Origin: the human T2T-CHM13v2.0 reference genome, Homo sapiens
Direction: 5' to 3' (one strand)
Assembly (NCBI RefSeq): GCF_009914755.1
Contig: NC_060939.1
Length of the DNA stretch: 64,000 bases
Part shown: positions 59,738 to 64,000 of the stretch, piece after piece
Layout: each line of letters begins with the position of its first letter
How positions within the stretch are numbered: position 1 is the first letter of the stretch
Notes under the pieces: model-generated
What the model was told of the DNA's origin: nothing
The model's input: only the letters and a program-made list of their open reading frames with translations
The model's database searches: none
Program-made: the position numbers and the translations under genes

Positions 59738-59759
59738 CACTCTGCAGACCTCTTTCTGA

Positions 59760-62330
59760 TAATGGCCACCGTTATTTCTCCCCTACCCCTGATGTGGCTC
59801 TCTTAAAATCCTATTTGAGTAAAACAGTGGCCTTTAAAGGGAGAGAAATTACAAAGAGCCCATGAATTAGTTGAGGAGCAATTAAAAGTCGGCCATATAG
59901 AACTGTCAAACAGCCCTGGGAATTTGCCCATTTTCGTCATTCCCAAAAAGTCTGGTAAATGGAGACTTTTGCATGACTTACACGCTATTAATGCTAATTT
60001 GCAAACTATGGGGCCCCTTCAGCAGGGGCTCCCCTCCCCTACGGCGATTCCTCAAGACTGGTCTATAATCATTATTGACTTAAAAGACTGCTTTTATACT
60101 ATTCCACTTGCAAAGCAAGACAGAGAAAAATTTGCATTTACAATACCAGCTATCAATAATGAAAGGCCAGCTTGCCAATTTCACTGGAAAGTGCTTCCTC
60201 AAGGAATGCTGTACAGTCCTACCATGTGTCAGTATCATGTAAATCAGGCTTTGCTCCCCAGTAAAAAAAAAAAAAAAAATCCTAATTGCAAGATTATTCA
60301 TTTTATGGATATTTTACTAGCAACCCCAATGCAGCCAATGCTTTTAAGTTTATGTACGTCTGTCATGAAGAATACACAGTTAAGAGGTTTAATCATAGCA
60401 CCTGAAAAACTACAAATGTCCTCTCCTTGAAAATATTTTGGATACATACTAACTTTCCAGTCAGTAAGACCTCAAAAGGTTAAATTAAATACTAGCAACT
60501 TACACACCTTAAATGATTATCAGAAATTACTAGGCAATATTAACTGACTTCATCCCACCTTGGGCATAACTACTGATACAGAACCTCTTTTTTATCTTAA
60601 AGGGCAATACAGCCCTAGACTCTCCTAGATATTTAACTCCTGCAACACAAAGGGAAATGGAAGAGATAGAACAAGCTATCTCTCAAAGGCAACTAGAACA
60701 CATTGACCCATGGTATTCAGTACAATTATTTATGTTTCCTACCAAACACTCCGCTACAGGGTTAATAGGACAGATGGCCCCAGAGCTATGCTTTCTAGAA
60801 TGGGTTTTTTGTTCACATACCGGGACTAAGACACTCTCTCCCCATATCCAGTTCGTCAGTAAAGTCATCTATTCAGGCTGCAGAAGATGCAATCAGTTGC
60901 TAGGTTATGACCCTGATATCATCAGGATTCCTTTAAGTAAAAGGCAATTTGAAGCAGTATTGCCCTTATCTGTGGACCTGCAAATAGCACTCTCTGATTA
61001 CACAGGTCATATAGAGCATGCCCTTCCTGCTGACAAACTCCTTCAGTTCTTATCTCACACTTTTGTGGTTTTGCCTAAAAAAAAATTCAATCCCCCATAC
61101 CTAACGGCTTTAACACTGTTTACTGATGGCTCGCTTAAACATGGAAAAGTGGCTGTCTGGTGGAGGCCACAGAATTTCCTCACTGGTTCCGGATTTACTA
61201 ACATTCAAAGAGCTGAGGTTGGAGCCTTAATATTGGCTCTGGAGACTTTTTCCACTCAGCCCATCAATATTGTTAGTGACTCTGCTTACTCTGTTTATAT
61301 TTTGCAGAACCTTGAGACAGCCCTCATTAAGTCCACTCTGGAGCCCACCCTATGTGCTCTTTTTCTCTGACTTCAGCATTTGCTAGATCAACATACACAT
61401 CCTATTTTTATCAGACATATTCAAGCCCACAGCTCACGGCCTGGCCCAGTGGCTTATGGCAATGATCAAGCAGACCTACAGGTTATGACATCACTGCTTG
61501 ACCAAGCCACCCAATCGCATCAATTTTCCACCAAAACTGGAGAAACTTATCTAAACAATTTCAACTTACCCAGAGACTAGCTAAACAAATCATCCTGCAA
61601 TGCCCAGATTGCCAGCTTACAGGCACATCCCCCCCCTTCAACAGGTGTTAACCCTAGTGGACTGGAACCTAATCAGTTATGGCAAACAGATGTTACTCAC
61701 ATCCCTGAATTTGGAAAACTTAGATATGTACATGTATCCATTGATACCAATTCTCACTTAATCAGCACCCATGCTTTGCCTGGAGAATCCACCTGATATG
61801 TCGTTAAACATCTTCTTTTAACTTTTGCATTTATGGGGTGGCCCACAAAAATTAAAACTCATAATGATCCAGCTTATGCCAGCTCACAATTTTAACAATT
61901 TTGTCACACGTGGAACATCCAACATTCCACAGGCATCACATATAACCCCCAAGGACAGGCCATACAACGTGTCCATTCCACTCTTAAAAACATCCTCAAA
62001 AAACAAAAATGGGGGAATATGAGTAAGGACCCTGCAACACTATTGGCACAAGCCTTATTTACCCTTAATTTTTAAAATGTAGATGATAAATTTCAATTAG
62101 CTGTAGAAAAGTACTTTGCTAAAACCTTTCAAGACATAAAACCCACAGTTTTATGGAAAGATGTAAACAGTAATGTATGGTGTGGTCCAAATGAATGCTT
62201 AACATGGGAAAGAGAATATGCTTGTGTTCACACCCCCTCAGGTCCTCTTTGGATTCCAGCACGATGCATCAAACCATACCATGGTGTGGCTAGGACCCAA
62301 CCTGGTACCAGAAATGAAGAAAATGACCTT
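59760..62330 (+). pseudogene. pol: pol remnant (RT, RNase H, integrase)
   Basis: PIFVIPKKSGKWRLLHDL, IDLKDCFYTIPL, WKVLPQGM; RNase H LFTDGS and NIVSDSAY; integrase CPDC, WQTDVTH, YNPQGQA; stops and frameshifts. Confidence 0.92.
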
Positions 62331-62880
62331 ATGGGACCCATAGCCCCAGACGATGTGGCTTCCTCAGATGACACAAGCCCCAGACATTACCTGATGGATG
62401 CTGAAGAAGACAACTCAAAAGGCCCAACACATCCTGCTCTAGATACAGACACCGTTTACTCCAGATAACATGTTCCTTTTTATGCTCATTTTGCCTGCTA
62501 CCTGTACCTACACTTTATTAAGCCCATCTTCTAAATCCACCTTTTTTCAGCCCTGTTACTTAGGCAAACACCCGCTCCCAGCAACTGACAACGTGACTGC
62601 TTGGCTAAGAGGAATTAACATACCCCCAGTGGGGTTCCTCAGCAACAGCCATATGAAAGGATATGCAAAAACATCTCTCTTGGATAGACCTCCCACTCCT
62701 AGGGGTCACTCCTCAATTGGAAAAGAATGTTGCTAATTATACTCATGTTTGTTTTATGTTACTTAATAATTCTAGGATGCAAAGCCAGAGTACAAGTTAT
62801 AACTGCTGTACCTGACAAGCCTGTTGCTGCACACATTTGCACTCTTCAATCAACAAAGCCTAATGCAGAAAAACAGAAAA
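62330..62880 (+). pseudogene. env: env remnant, mostly deleted
   Basis: Hydrophobic signal-like MFLFMLIL close to a TM-like LLIILMFVLCYLIILGC just before the PPT; only ~0.55 kb remains. Confidence 0.6.
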
Positions 62881-62888
62881 GGGGGAGA
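62875..62888 (+). promoter_or_regulatory. Polypurine tract
   Basis: AGAAAAGGGGGAGA immediately before the 3' LTR TG. Confidence 0.88.
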
Positions 62889-63294
62889 TGTGGGAGATCA
62901 TTCACGGTAGTGGGAGAAATTACAGGAATAGAAGCAAACCTTCTTGAAGGGCTGGGTGTGGGTTGCAAAAGCTTTGAAAGATAATTTGGCTGAAGGCTAA
63001 ATAGTTTGCTTACTCATGTTGTCCTAAAACCAACCTTTGATCATTCATGCACAGGATTGCTCTTTACCTAGGGGGGTTGGCAATATTATTTACCCACAAA
63101 GAATGTTGACTCAAGCCTTTGTCATTAAATCTGTACTAAATAAATGCTCACAACACCAGCTAGTTGGGGCTGTGGCTGCTACAACTCTTTCTGTGAACGG
63201 CCTGGTCCCCTATGCCACCCTTTCACTAGATACCTCTGTCTGAGTGCATTCTGTCATCCATCATTCAGCCAGGGTCTGTAGGTTGGACCCAGCA
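62889..63294 (+). repeat. 3' LTR (LTR22 family), 406 bp, with an internal deletion
   Basis: Colinear with the 5' LTR; AATAAA 63139-63144; ends GGACCCAGCA. Confidence 0.9.
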
Positions 63295-63300
63295 CAGTAT

Positions 63301-64000
63301 CATACTAGCTGTGGGTATCTGGGCTTTTATTGTGTCGAGGTATACTCAGTTTGACAATTTTTTATTATGAAAGGATATTGAATTTTATCAATGCTTTTTC
63401 AGCATCAATTGAAATGATCATAAGGCTTTTGTCCTTCAGTCTGTTGATATCATGTATCACAGTGATTGATTTGCATATGTTGAATCATCCTTGCATCCCT
63501 GGGATAAATTCTACTTGGTCATGATGAATGATCTTTTTAATGTGTTGTTAAATTTGGTTTGCTAGTATTTTGTTGAGGATTTTTGCATCAATGATCATCA
63601 GGGATATTGGCACATAGTTTTGTTGGGATTTTTTATGCCTCTGTCTGGTTTCAGTATCAGGGTGATGCTGGCCTCGTAGAATGAGTTTGGCAGTAATTCC
63701 TCCTCCTCTATTTTTTGGAATAGTTTCAGTATGATTGTTATGAATTTTTTAAATATTTGGTAAAATTCAAGAGTGAAGACATTGGGTCATGGGTTTTTCT
63801 ATGCTGGGAGACTTTATACTACAACTTCAATCTTGTTACTTGTTATTGGTCTATTCAGGTTTTGGTTTTTTTATGGTTGAGTCTATGCAGGTTATATGTG
63901 ACTGGGAATTTATCTGTTTCTTCTAGGTCTTCCCATTTATTGACATAAATGCCAATTGGCATATAGCAGAGCAGCTCTATAATGATTCTTTAGAATTGCT
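63301..64000 (-). mobile_element. Continuation of the antisense L1MA ORF2 beyond the provirus
   Basis: Sequence resumes L1 ORF2 antisense (AATGCTTTTTCAGCATCAATTGAAATGATCATA; TGCATCCCTGGGATAAAT), colinear with the sequence ending at 58529. Confidence 0.88.

Larger units (their letters stand above)
58530..63294 (+). mobile_element. HERV-K(HML-5)/HERVK22 provirus, internally deleted (4765 bp)
   Basis: Paired LTRs, PBS, PPT, betaretroviral gag/pol/env remnants, 6-bp TSD CAGTAC (58524-58529) / CAGTAT (63295-63300). Confidence 0.9.

Noticed and set aside
58530-63294. Young HERV-K(HML-2) provirus
   Set aside because: LTRs are ~470 bp rather than ~970 bp, the PBS is Met-type rather than Lys-type, and the LTRs are strongly diverged.

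Overview
Primate (most likely human/hominoid) AT-rich, repeat-dense genomic DNA with no recognisable host protein-coding gene, structural RNA gene or CRISPR array. Major elements: two full-length but inactivated LINE-1s on + (L1PA7-like ~22.45-29.3 kb with a nested AluS; L1PA3-like 43409-49573 with a perfect 18-bp TSD), older L1MA/L1PB/L1MC/HAL1 pieces, about 13 Alu/monomer copies, MaLR/ERVL solo LTRs, MIR/L2 remnants, and an internally deleted HERV-K(HML-5)/HERVK22 provirus (58530-63294; two LTR22-type LTRs, tRNA-Met PBS, 6-bp TSD) nested in an antisense L1MA. Almost all ORF-track entries are repeat-derived or chance. I found no evidence for a novel biological system. The most interesting signals are evolutionary and regulatory: a ZNF93-segment-retaining L1PA3 with an intact endonuclease reading frame, the HML-5 deletion structure, nested-insertion chronology, four co-oriented L1 5' ends, templated micro-insertions, a perfect EBF-type palindrome and a few unverified splice-signal-bounded candidate non-coding exons. 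Subfamily names come from my recollection of consensus sequences, not from a database search.
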